From positions 19,596 through 83,595 of the forward strand of contig CAZBLC010000001.1 of NCBI GenBank assembly GCA_964492835.1: a stretch of 64,000 bases of DNA. Direction: 5' to 3'. Positions 11,938-20,849 of this stretch are shown here, in pieces. A program made the position numbers and the translations under genes. This DNA is from an uncultured Candidatus Saccharibacteria bacterium (lineage in GTDB: Bacteria > Patescibacteriota > Minisyncoccia > Phycocordibacterales > PALSA-1337). The notes beneath the pieces were generated by a model. That model had not been told where the DNA came from and made no database searches. It saw nothing but the letters and a program-made list of their open reading frames with translations. The first letter of the stretch is position 1. The number at the start of each line of letters is the position of its first letter.

Positions 11938-12438
11938 TTATGGTATGGATTTTAAAATGTAATCTAGATCGATCACATTACTCTCTATCAAAATAGCATT
12001 TTTGCACCCCGCTCTCATTGCAGCTTCTATATCTGTTTTGCTATCCCCTATCATATAACTTGCCTTAATATCTATATTTAATTCTTCCACTGCTAAATGA
12101 AAAAGACCTGGTTCTGGTTTTCTACATATACACTTTTCGTCTTTATGGTGTGCACAAAAATAGAATGATCTGATGGATGTACCTATTCTATCTAAATCCC
12201 TATTAATCTTTGTGTGGAGTCTTTTAACAAACTCCTTAGACATCTTTCCTTTTGCAATCCCTGCTTGGTTACTTATAACCACAACAACATAGCCTGCGGA
12301 ATTGATCTTTTTTACTAGCTTTTTAGCATTTATATTCCACTTAAATTCGCTTATTTTTTTTACGTAATCATGTTCTGCTGGTTTTTTATTTAGGACTCCA
12401 TCTCTATCCAGAAAAACTGCTCTTATTTTATTATTCAT
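11938..12438 (-). CDS. gmhB: D-glycero-manno-heptose-1,7-bisphosphate 7-phosphatase (HAD IIIA)
   Basis: FLDRDGVLN, SNQAGI, CAH..CICRKPEPG, MIGDSKTDI. Confidence 0.9.
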   Translation of the reverse strand: MNNKIRAVFLDRDGVLNKKPAEHDYVKKISEFKWNINAKKLVKKINSAGYVVVVISNQAGIAKGKMSKEFVKRLHTKINRDLDRIGTSIRSFYFCAHHKDEKCICRKPEPGLFHLAVEELNIDIKASYMIGDSKTDIEAAMRAGCKNAILIESNVIDLDYILKSIP

Positions 12439-12447
12439 ATTTCGAAT

Positions 12448-13455
12448 TTATGCTTTTTCTTGATCAAAGACAATTTCAACACCTTTATTATCAAAACCTA
12501 CCTCAATTTCAGCAAAATTATTTAGTCTATTTTTGTTTGCGTAGTCTATGACCGACCTTCTAATATCTTTATGTTTATTTTCTGGAGCTAAAAAAAGCAC
12601 ACAGCCTCCACCACCAGCACCAAGTACTTTTCCTCCCCATGCACCATTTTTTATCCCTAACGAATACAGATCATCTATAGTGCTATTTGAAATTTCATCC
12701 GCAAAAGTCTTTTTTAGAGTCCAGCTTTTGTGTAGAATATCTCCAGCTTTTTTAAAATCTCCCTTTTTAATTGCTTCACTGAAATGTGATACGAGAGAAG
12801 CTATTTCCTTGTATCCATCGATCTTTTTATCGATATTTTTAGTTTGATTGGATAATACACTGGAAGCATCCCTAGTTATTCCAGTAAAGAAAAGCAGAAG
12901 GCTTTTTTCAAATTTATCTTTATTCTTTTTAGATATAGCTAATGGTTCAATAGCTACTTTTCCACTTTTTTTAAATTTATAAATATTGAGTCCTCCATAA
13001 GATGCAGCATACTGATCTTGTTTGCCTATTGGTTCCTTTACAAGATCAATTTCTACCGTGCAGGCCTTTTCAGCCAAGCTCTGCTTATTTATTTTTTTAC
13101 CATTGAGCAGATGGAGTCCCTTAAGCAAGGCTACGGTAAAACTAGAAGATGAACCGAGTCCTGTCCTAGCTGGAATCGACGCGAAGGAGCCAATTTCTAT
13201 GTTATTATTTATTCCAAGAGTCAATAAGATTTCACGAACCCTGTTATGTATCAAATCTTTTGGGTGATCGACTGTTTCAGTTGTTGAATATTTAACTATT
13301 ACTTTATTTACCAAGGGTGTGTGCTTAATAGCCAAGTATACATATTGATTTATAGTAGTTGAAACAACACAGCCTCCGTGTTTCTTATAAAAATCTGGAA
13401 GGTCTGTACCCCCGCCAATAAAACTTATTCGAAGTGGTGCTCTTACTAAAATCAT
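12448..13455 (-). CDS. hddA: GHMP kinase, D-glycero-alpha-D-manno-heptose-7-phosphate kinase-like
   Basis: APLRISFIGGGTD, GLGSSS, GKQDQYAA, GGKVLGAGGGG. Confidence 0.88.
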   Translation of the reverse strand: MILVRAPLRISFIGGGTDLPDFYKKHGGCVVSTTINQYVYLAIKHTPLVNKVIVKYSTTETVDHPKDLIHNRVREILLTLGINNNIEIGSFASIPARTGLGSSSSFTVALLKGLHLLNGKKINKQSLAEKACTVEIDLVKEPIGKQDQYAASYGGLNIYKFKKSGKVAIEPLAISKKNKDKFEKSLLLFFTGITRDASSVLSNQTKNIDKKIDGYKEIASLVSHFSEAIKKGDFKKAGDILHKSWTLKKTFADEISNSTIDDLYSLGIKNGAWGGKVLGAGGGGCVLFLAPENKHKDIRRSVIDYANKNRLNNFAEIEVGFDNKGVEIVFDQEKA

Positions 13456-14132
13456 TATTTATTATTATTTAATCTATTTATATCCTCTGGTGAAGTGAGT
13501 TGTGTATGCATTTCATCTCCTATAACTGCAAAAACTTTATGATCTTTTGCAAATTTTTTCATTAAATCCGTGAAATAGTATTCGTTTTTTACTTCATGTA
13601 ACTCAGGCTCATAATTAAAAATGTCAGAATTCATAATCATAAACCCGTTTGTAGCAAGGTTCGATGTAGGATTTCTAGGCTTTTCAATTACATCGATTAT
13701 CTGGTTTGTACTATCAATAGTCGCAATACCAACATTTTTTGGATCAGGAACGAAGTAGCACAGCCATGAAAATTCATATTTCAAACAATCTTCTATTTCT
13801 TTTTTTGTTAAAACATCATCTGCATATGAAACTGCAAATCTCTCTCCTTCTTTAATTAATTCCCTTGTTTTAATAAATCCTAGAGCGTTTCCGTTTTTTT
13901 CGCCTTCAACATAAGTAATCTTCCTTCCATAAAGTTCGTTACCACAATACTCTTTTATTTTTTCGCCTAAATATTTTACAACTAAAATAACTTCATCAAT
14001 CTCATTTGGCAAAGAAAGAAATAGATGATCTAGTGCAGTCTTACCTCTATAGACTACAAGTGGCTTTGGTGTGGTTAGTGTTATCGGTCTCATTCTCTGT
14101 CCTTCTCCGGCTGCAAGTATTATAAGCTTCAT
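13455..14132 (-). CDS. Sugar-phosphate nucleotidyltransferase (HddC/RmlA/GlmU-N family)
   Basis: ILAAGEGQRMRPITLTTPKPL, VIEKP. Confidence 0.88.
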   Translation of the reverse strand: MKLIILAAGEGQRMRPITLTTPKPLVVYRGKTALDHLFLSLPNEIDEVILVVKYLGEKIKEYCGNELYGRKITYVEGEKNGNALGFIKTRELIKEGERFAVSYADDVLTKKEIEDCLKYEFSWLCYFVPDPKNVGIATIDSTNQIIDVIEKPRNPTSNLATNGFMIMNSDIFNYEPELHEVKNEYYFTDLMKKFAKDHKVFAVIGDEMHTQLTSPEDINRLNNNK

Positions 14133-14156
14133 GGTTTGTCTATAGTATACAATTTA

Positions 14157-14966
14157 CTATTCTATGGCAACTCCTTTCCTAATAGCAATAAAATTGGCAT
14201 ACATTATCTTTTCGTATTCTGGACAATATTTAACTTTTTCAAGTGTAATAGGCTTCACTTTGTATATGTCATATTCATTTTGAATAAAAAAATCGTAAAT
14301 ATCCTTGAAGAATACTCTTGAGTATATTGCGGCATTACCAAACTCAAATTGAACCATATCAATTGATTTATCTTTAAATAAGTTCTTTGCTCCCTGAAAA
14401 ACAAACAACTCATGGCCTTCTGTATCGACCTTTAATAGATCAATATGCTTTATATTTTTTCGTTTACAATACTCGTCTAGAGTATCTGTTTTTACAACTT
14501 TTTTTTCAATATTATAATTTTCTTGTTCCATATCATAAAATGAATTTAACTCCGGTGAGTCTTTATTTATATACATCTCTCTATTTCCAATAGTCTCTCC
14601 AAGTGCAATATTTTCTAAGTATATATTCTTACTTGTCGAGACATTTTTCATTAACTTACCAAATGTAGTACTGTCTGGTTCAAAGCAATATACTTTGATA
14701 GTATCTCTATAAGAAAGAATATGCTTAACATAGTCTCCAACATTCGCCCCGACATCGAAAACAATTTTTATATCCTTTTTTTTAAACACCAAATCCAATA
14801 AACGATATTCGCCGTTTGTTATCATATTTGAATTGTGTTCCCCTCTACAAAAATCCACATATCGAGATGCTAATGAATAAATGAATGGTCTATATATCGG
14901 TCTTTTATAATTAAAAAGCCCTCTATTGATAAAATATATTATAATTAATTTAATTTTTTTGATCAT
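14157..14966 (-). CDS. FkbM-family methyltransferase
   Basis: FDVGANVG, CFEP, LKVDTEGHE, QFEF. Confidence 0.9.
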   Translation of the reverse strand: MIKKIKLIIIYFINRGLFNYKRPIYRPFIYSLASRYVDFCRGEHNSNMITNGEYRLLDLVFKKKDIKIVFDVGANVGDYVKHILSYRDTIKVYCFEPDSTTFGKLMKNVSTSKNIYLENIALGETIGNREMYINKDSPELNSFYDMEQENYNIEKKVVKTDTLDEYCKRKNIKHIDLLKVDTEGHELFVFQGAKNLFKDKSIDMVQFEFGNAAIYSRVFFKDIYDFFIQNEYDIYKVKPITLEKVKYCPEYEKIMYANFIAIRKGVAIE

Positions 14967-14967
14967 G

Positions 14968-16113
14968 TTACCAAAATATTACTTCCGAATTTATATTTTC
15001 TAATATATCTCTTTTTATTTCTTCATTATAGATACCAGCTTTTATAATAACATTTACCTTACCTTTCCCTTTTAGAATCTTAGGGTGTTCTACCATAAGT
15101 TTTGTTCCATAAAGTCTTTTCTTATTTTTCACCTGACTATTATCGAGCAATCCGACTATTTTATCAACTTTTAATCCAAACTGGATTAGTGTTTGTGAAA
15201 AAATGTGTGCTCCGAAGAGATATACCGGTTCGTTTGAACTACCAATCTTCATGTTTAAATCATCAATCATCTCTTTATGATAATTTATATAATCCATAAA
15301 AAGTTTTTTATATTGAATGTATTTATTTGGCAATGTAGATACATCCTCCACAACGTCCGTCTTCTCTGTTGCATAGAAAATACTATGTGGATCTCCATAA
15401 TACTCTTTTTCTAAGATCTTAAAACCCATACTCTGGAGTATATAATCTGTTATTTCTTCAGTAAGAAAGACAGTATGTTCAAAATTTAAGCAATTTGTAA
15501 ACTTCTTATCCAGCATTGGTATCATATTTGGAAAAGTAAATATATGTTTATCACCCCTTTTAAGAAATGAATTTATTTGCTTTAAAAATTTAAATGGTTC
15601 GTATGTATGTTCAAATACATGTGAATGTACGATAGTATCTATTCCTTCATCTAGTTTAAATTTGTCATCAAACCAACCCTTAATTAATTTAATCTTAGGA
15701 TTTGTGATATATTGTGCATTTGGTTCAACAGTTGTCCATTCTACGTCTGGAATTACCGTCCATAGATTCCTAGCTATATGGTCATGTGCGCCACCTATCT
15801 CCAGAACTCTCTTTGGGTTAAATTTTGAAATAAATTTAGCAAAAGCTACATAATGATCCTGCCAAACCTTTCCAACGCCATCATTATGTTGATCTAAATA
15901 CAATATATCAAGGGGTAGGAGCTTCTGAAGCTGTATAAGACCTGTTTCTGGGCATATATCCCAAATCATATCGGACACTATATCTTCATCTTGTGGTTGC
16001 TCTACACAACCCATGAATACTGGAAAATCCTTGAATTTATGTAGAGTTTCTAGATTTTTCTTATTTGATAATAGGCTTTTATCTCTAATGATATAGTTAG
16101 TATTCCTTTTCAT
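14968..16113 (-). CDS. SAM-dependent methyltransferase (NDP-sugar methyltransferase-like architecture)
   Basis: VLEIGG, SHVFEH, FEHTVFL, C-terminal YLFGA..LDNSxxKxxKRLYGT; start moved to ATG 16113, 6 nt after TACAAT. Confidence 0.75.
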   Translation of the reverse strand: MKRNTNYIIRDKSLLSNKKNLETLHKFKDFPVFMGCVEQPQDEDIVSDMIWDICPETGLIQLQKLLPLDILYLDQHNDGVGKVWQDHYVAFAKFISKFNPKRVLEIGGAHDHIARNLWTVIPDVEWTTVEPNAQYITNPKIKLIKGWFDDKFKLDEGIDTIVHSHVFEHTYEPFKFLKQINSFLKRGDKHIFTFPNMIPMLDKKFTNCLNFEHTVFLTEEITDYILQSMGFKILEKEYYGDPHSIFYATEKTDVVEDVSTLPNKYIQYKKLFMDYINYHKEMIDDLNMKIGSSNEPVYLFGAHIFSQTLIQFGLKVDKIVGLLDNSQVKNKKRLYGTKLMVEHPKILKGKGKVNVIIKAGIYNEEIKRDILENINSEVIFW

Positions 16114-16155
16114 AGATTCATTGTACACTTCATTATTATTTTATATATATTGACA

Positions 16156-16872
16156 TTAACCCTCTTTTATTACCTTCTCTGTCTCTATTAGTGCTTGAGG
16201 ATTACCAGTATCTAGCCACGTTTCGAAAGGAACCCATTTGAGCTTTGTGCCCTCTAACAAAAGCTTTTCTATAACAGAGACGTCTCCTAGCGCCTGATTA
16301 TTTCGGTCATTTTTATATAGACTTTCAACAGCCCCCCAAAATTTTTTATAATCATGTATTCCAGTCATGCCAATATGTATAGAATCAAAATCTGTAATTC
16401 CTTTATCATTTACTTTTGCTAAATAACCATCTTTAATTTTATGACTTCTGTATTGCCTTACATCCATCTTTGTTGTCTCTGGGTCAATGACATACCCAAT
16501 AACCCAATCTTCACTTGGTTCTGGTATCTTTTCAACTACAATGGTATCGCAAGCATGAAAAATAAATGGGCACTGTAGATTATCCTTTGCACAGAGCATT
16601 GAATATAGTAGACTACTTCCGTCGCCAATATATTTATCCACTATCACGAACTCAAAATTATAATCTTGGTAATTCTTCAAAAGATAATTTTTTACTTGAT
16701 CCCCATGATATCCAAGTGTAATGACAAATATAGAATCCTTTGGGTATGAATTAAAAATATACTCAATAGTTGGCCTACCATTTATTTTAACTAGTGCTTT
16801 ATTCGTTGTTTTTGTAAGTTCTCCCAGACGTGAACCGGTGCCTGATGTTGTGATAAGTATTTTGTATTCCAT
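16156..16872 (-). CDS. Sugar-phosphate nucleotidyltransferase
   Basis: ITTSGTGSRLGELTKTTNKAL, FHACDT, WLDTGN. Confidence 0.85.
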   Translation of the reverse strand: MEYKILITTSGTGSRLGELTKTTNKALVKINGRPTIEYIFNSYPKDSIFVITLGYHGDQVKNYLLKNYQDYNFEFVIVDKYIGDGSSLLYSMLCAKDNLQCPFIFHACDTIVVEKIPEPSEDWVIGYVIDPETTKMDVRQYRSHKIKDGYLAKVNDKGITDFDSIHIGMTGIHDYKKFWGAVESLYKNDRNNQALGDVSVIEKLLLEGTKLKWVPFETWLDTGNPQALIETEKVIKEG

Positions 16873-16910
16873 GTATTTAAATGGTATTACTTAATATGAG
16901 TAATTTATAA

Positions 16911-17435
16911 TTATTTCTTACCTCCCCACTCTCCACCTTTTTCTACTTTCAAATTAAGTAAATCTAACTTTTTAAAAAATTTTTCCATTATGTGCAAGCA
17001 TGCTTCTGCAACCGCTCCATGTCCACCCGAAGTCTTTGTCACGTAGTTCGCATATTCTTTTATTGCTGGAAAAGCATTTGCCGGGGCAATGGAGTATCCA
17101 ACCTTATCAAAAACCATTGCATCAAATATTCCATCACCCATATATACAGTTTCCTCTAGTTTGAATTGACTTCTAATCCAATCGATTCTTTCAAATGTAC
17201 TTACCTGAAAAAGCGGTAATTTCATATCTTGTTCAATTCTTTTCTGTGTAATTGGAAATCCTTTTTTATCGCCAGTTACTGCAATGATATTTAAAAATGG
17301 TTTTACAAGCAGCAATGCGTCATGATCATCTGGACCAAAAATCTTTGCTGACTTACCTTCTAAGGTGTAGTGAAACTGGCCGTCAGTAAAAACTCCATCT
17401 ACATCAAGAATAAAATTTTTTATATTTTTTTTCAT
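16911..17435 (-). CDS. HAD phosphatase, KdsC/YrbI family
   Basis: LDVDGVFTDG, YMGDGIFD, GGHGAVAE; start moved to ATG 17435. Confidence 0.85.
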   Translation of the reverse strand: MKKNIKNFILDVDGVFTDGQFHYTLEGKSAKIFGPDDHDALLLVKPFLNIIAVTGDKKGFPITQKRIEQDMKLPLFQVSTFERIDWIRSQFKLEETVYMGDGIFDAMVFDKVGYSIAPANAFPAIKEYANYVTKTSGGHGAVAEACLHIMEKFFKKLDLLNLKVEKGGEWGGKK

Positions 17436-17436
17436 A

Positions 17437-18678
17437 TTATTTTTCATTAAGTGCTTTATATAGATTATATTTACCAAAATAAAATAGGAAGATGTTAAAC
17501 GGATAATGATGCAATGGTGACATGTTTAACCAAATAATCGCACGTAATATCTTTATTTTATTCAGATCATTTCCTTTTGAAATAATAAATTCATCAAAAG
17601 TCTTTTCGCACTCAACAAGATGTGGTTTTCTATCTATACTACAAGTCACACTATTACCTTTTATCTTGATGGCAAATCTGTTCTGAGTCACAATATCATG
17701 ATTTACAACCAAATTGTGATATAGCTTTGCCAAATCATAATACATGTCTCCTGTTTTAAGCAAACCACCAAAGTCTTGTCTCCAATCAAGTAATGTATAT
17801 TTATTCTTATTTAAAATTACATTTTCCAAAATAAAATCACCATGGAACTGTGTTTGCACACCATTTGAGAGGTTATCGAAATTAACCTTTGATAGTAGAG
17901 TATTAATGTCTGGAACTTTCTTACCATTGATAGTCATTTTTCTATCTACTATTTTATTTACCGACATGAACTTATTTACTCTTTCCTTTGTCTTTTTTTC
18001 GTAGAAATCTAAACAAATTTTCTTAAATTCCTCGACAGGGACTGTCTTTTTTGATTTCCATAATTTAATACTAGCCCAGTTTAAAAAATTTTTAAAGTTT
18101 TTTGGGTTAGCAACGTTTGAATATGTGTCTCCTTTAATATATGAGTATTTATAGAAATTTTTCTTTATTTCTAAAGTTTCTGGAACCAAACCTCCCAGAA
18201 GCTTTCCTCTTTCAACTCTAGCTAAAATCTTCTTCTCATCAGCGAAAAACTTTATCGCAAAATCTTTGAAGAAAAAAAGGGATTCGTCAACCTTATCCAA
18301 ATTATCAAATTTATCATGAATCATTTCACGAACCTGTAATAAAGACTTCATGTCGTTTACCTTAAAAAAAATATTTGGATATCTTTTATCGATAACTAGA
18401 TCACTGTGGTGGTGAATGTGCGGAAATTGTAAAGAATCACTAGTTTGTTCTGAACCAATAAAAGTAAATTTTATATTAGGATAGACAAGAGATACAAAGT
18501 CCTTTAGGTGGTCGACAAAGTAATCTGTTGAAATGATAAACTCTGTTCCAATTGGGTACATTTCAATTATATAGGAAACTATAGGTTTTTTACCAAGACG
18601 TATTAGAACAGGATTAGTATATTTTGCCAGTTCCTTAAAATCGAATCTTTTTTCATCAATAGGTATATATACTTTCAT
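17437..18678 (-). CDS. Degenerate nucleotidyltransferase N-domain fused to an APH/choline-kinase-like phosphotransferase
   Basis: FHGDFILEN, LLDWRQDF, YYDLAKL kinase motifs; N-terminus resembles ORF 16156-16872. Confidence 0.75.
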   Translation of the reverse strand: MKVYIPIDEKRFDFKELAKYTNPVLIRLGKKPIVSYIIEMYPIGTEFIISTDYFVDHLKDFVSLVYPNIKFTFIGSEQTSDSLQFPHIHHHSDLVIDKRYPNIFFKVNDMKSLLQVREMIHDKFDNLDKVDESLFFFKDFAIKFFADEKKILARVERGKLLGGLVPETLEIKKNFYKYSYIKGDTYSNVANPKNFKNFLNWASIKLWKSKKTVPVEEFKKICLDFYEKKTKERVNKFMSVNKIVDRKMTINGKKVPDINTLLSKVNFDNLSNGVQTQFHGDFILENVILNKNKYTLLDWRQDFGGLLKTGDMYYDLAKLYHNLVVNHDIVTQNRFAIKIKGNSVTCSIDRKPHLVECEKTFDEFIISKGNDLNKIKILRAIIWLNMSPLHHYPFNIFLFYFGKYNLYKALNEK

Positions 18679-18702
18679 GTTATCAAACTATACTAAATCA
18701 GA

Positions 18703-19395
18703 TTACTTATCAAGGATTTTCTTTAATTCAATTATTTTGGTATCAACGTCACCTTCAGGCTTAAATATCGTTGAAGTTCCACAAACAAGCATATTGGCTC
18801 CTCTCTTTATCATCTCTGGGGCAGTATCTGGAGTTACTCCACCATCTATTTCTATTAGCATATTTGGATAGTTCTTCAACTTCCTTTTAAGCTCGGTTAT
18901 CTTATCCATCATTTCAGGAATAAGCTTGTGACCTAGAATTCCAGGATTTATAGCCATAAGCATAACTAGATCAATATCATTTAAAACATAGTCCAAAGTA
19001 GAAAGGCTGGTTGCAGGGTTTAGGGCCACTCCCGCCTTTTTACCAGTTGCTTTTATTAACTTAATTATTCTGTGTAGTTGTGGTGTAGATTCTTCATGAA
19101 CGACAATAATATCAGCTCCAGCATCAGCAAATATCCTTATAGAATTTTCCGGGTTATTAACCATTAAATGTACGTCAATGGGTATATTTGTTATTTTTTT
19201 GATTGCTTGAAGGATTTCAGGATGCAGGCCAAAACGAGGAACGAACTGATTATCCATAACATCAAAATGAATATAATCAATCCCGCCCTTCTCTAATTTT
19301 TCTATTTCGCCCTTAATATCTATCATATCTGCACACACAAGAGATGCTGATAATTTATAGTTTTTTTGAGATTTTTTTTTGTTTATTGTTTTCAT
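18703..19395 (-). CDS. rpe: Ribulose-phosphate 3-epimerase family protein
   Basis: HFDVMD, DVHLMV, VALNPAT, MAINPG, IEIDGGV. Confidence 0.9.
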   Translation of the reverse strand: MKTINKKKSQKNYKLSASLVCADMIDIKGEIEKLEKGGIDYIHFDVMDNQFVPRFGLHPEILQAIKKITNIPIDVHLMVNNPENSIRIFADAGADIIVVHEESTPQLHRIIKLIKATGKKAGVALNPATSLSTLDYVLNDIDLVMLMAINPGILGHKLIPEMMDKITELKRKLKNYPNMLIEIDGGVTPDTAPEMIKRGANMLVCGTSTIFKPEGDVDTKIIELKKILDK

Positions 19396-19412
19396 ATGCA
19401 ATTAAAGTATAA

Positions 19413-20843
19413 CTACTCCAAATTAGAATGTCTTTCCCACATAGTATCATGTGTCTCACCAAGTTCCTCCATAAGCTTTAGAACGATCGCATCAAAGAAT
19501 ATGGCCAGAGACTGTTCATTTAATGTTGTCATTGGCTGAATAGAAATAAAATTGTCTATCTTTTTGGTCTTTGATGGTGCCTTTATTTCAACAACACAGT
19601 CGGCTAATTTTCCAATTCTAGATTCAGGATTACCAGTTACAGCAGCAATCCTTGCTTGATTTCTTTTAGCAATTAAAGTCAATTCGTAAATGGTCTGTGT
19701 CTCACCTGACCCAGAACAAACTAGAAATAAATCTTCTGCCTTTATGGATGGAACGTTAGCATCACCTAGGATATATGCGTCTATTCCCATATGCTTTAAT
19801 CTCATTACAAACCCCCTTACCGCCATTCCAACTCTACCAGCACCGCAAGCCACTATTTTTTTAGCACTTAAAATATGCTCAGTTAGAACACTCGCCTGTT
19901 TTTCATCAATTTTTAATAGGACAGTTTTTATTTCAGTTAAGATATTCTCCACTCTTTCTATGGTTGTCTGATTCAAGTTATTATTTTTATAGAGCCCGCG
20001 TTCTACAAGTGAATAACCTTTTTCGTTGATATTGTCATCTATACATGCAAATAATTCTTGATTTGGGATAGCATATTTGATAGGTAGAATATCAAATCTC
20101 TCAGGGTTTTTTTCCATTTCAAAAGGAGTCTGAATCGGATATTTTTGTATTTTATTCTTAAATATATTCCTATTAATCTTTTCGAACAATTCTTTATGTC
20201 CTGTTGGCTTAATAATTCTAAGTTTTGTAAGTAGACCAAAAGCCTTGAATATATATTTTTTAAAGAAAATAGGTAGTCTTTTTTTATCGTTTATCCACAT
20301 TTTTTCTAAAAACTCCTTTTTAAAAATTCCACACATTGAAATAAGATAATAAGGATATCCGGTATTTCTTATCATCTGCCATTTATTTTTATCTAAATCC
20401 AAATAACTTATAGCCTTTCTTTTATTTAGATTAATTTTATGACTAAGCTTATTAAAAGACTCAACTGATTTACCAAATAGCCACCAAGAATAACTTATAT
20501 AATCCGCGTCTGCCTTTCTCATCTCTCTAATCACCTCATCTAAAACCTCAGGCTTTGCAATATTCAAATGGTCTTCATTCCAAACAAGTATATAGTCATA
20601 TCTTGCTTCCTTTATCATATCCAAAGCATTTGTAATCCAGCCCCTATTGTCATCTAGTAAACTAAATATAACTAACTTATTTCCAAGCTCATTCTTTAAA
20701 AAATCTAATGCTTCCTCACGAAATGTCCCTCTAACATTTATTAGCCAATTGTCACTAATAAATTTAAAAGACTTAAAGGAGCTTTTAAAATGGTCAAGTC
20801 TAGTGAGTGAATTTATTCTTAGATTTCCAAGTATAGTTATCAT
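19413..20843 (-). CDS. Fusion: unknown GT-A-like N-domain plus C-terminal SIS isomerase (6-phospho-3-hexuloisomerase/HxlB-like)
   Basis: C-terminal GAGRVG, SGSGET, QPMTTLNEQ and terminal RHSNLE typical of HxlB; N-terminal DYILVWNEDH. Confidence 0.75.
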   Translation of the reverse strand: MITILGNLRINSLTRLDHFKSSFKSFKFISDNWLINVRGTFREEALDFLKNELGNKLVIFSLLDDNRGWITNALDMIKEARYDYILVWNEDHLNIAKPEVLDEVIREMRKADADYISYSWWLFGKSVESFNKLSHKINLNKRKAISYLDLDKNKWQMIRNTGYPYYLISMCGIFKKEFLEKMWINDKKRLPIFFKKYIFKAFGLLTKLRIIKPTGHKELFEKINRNIFKNKIQKYPIQTPFEMEKNPERFDILPIKYAIPNQELFACIDDNINEKGYSLVERGLYKNNNLNQTTIERVENILTEIKTVLLKIDEKQASVLTEHILSAKKIVACGAGRVGMAVRGFVMRLKHMGIDAYILGDANVPSIKAEDLFLVCSGSGETQTIYELTLIAKRNQARIAAVTGNPESRIGKLADCVVEIKAPSKTKKIDNFISIQPMTTLNEQSLAIFFDAIVLKLMEELGETHDTMWERHSNLE

Positions 20844-20849
20844 ATAGTA

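Noticed and set aside
18703-20843. RuMP formaldehyde-fixation operon
   Set aside because: The neighbour of the HxlB-like domain has Rpe motifs rather than hexulose-phosphate synthase motifs, and the context is glycan biosynthesis
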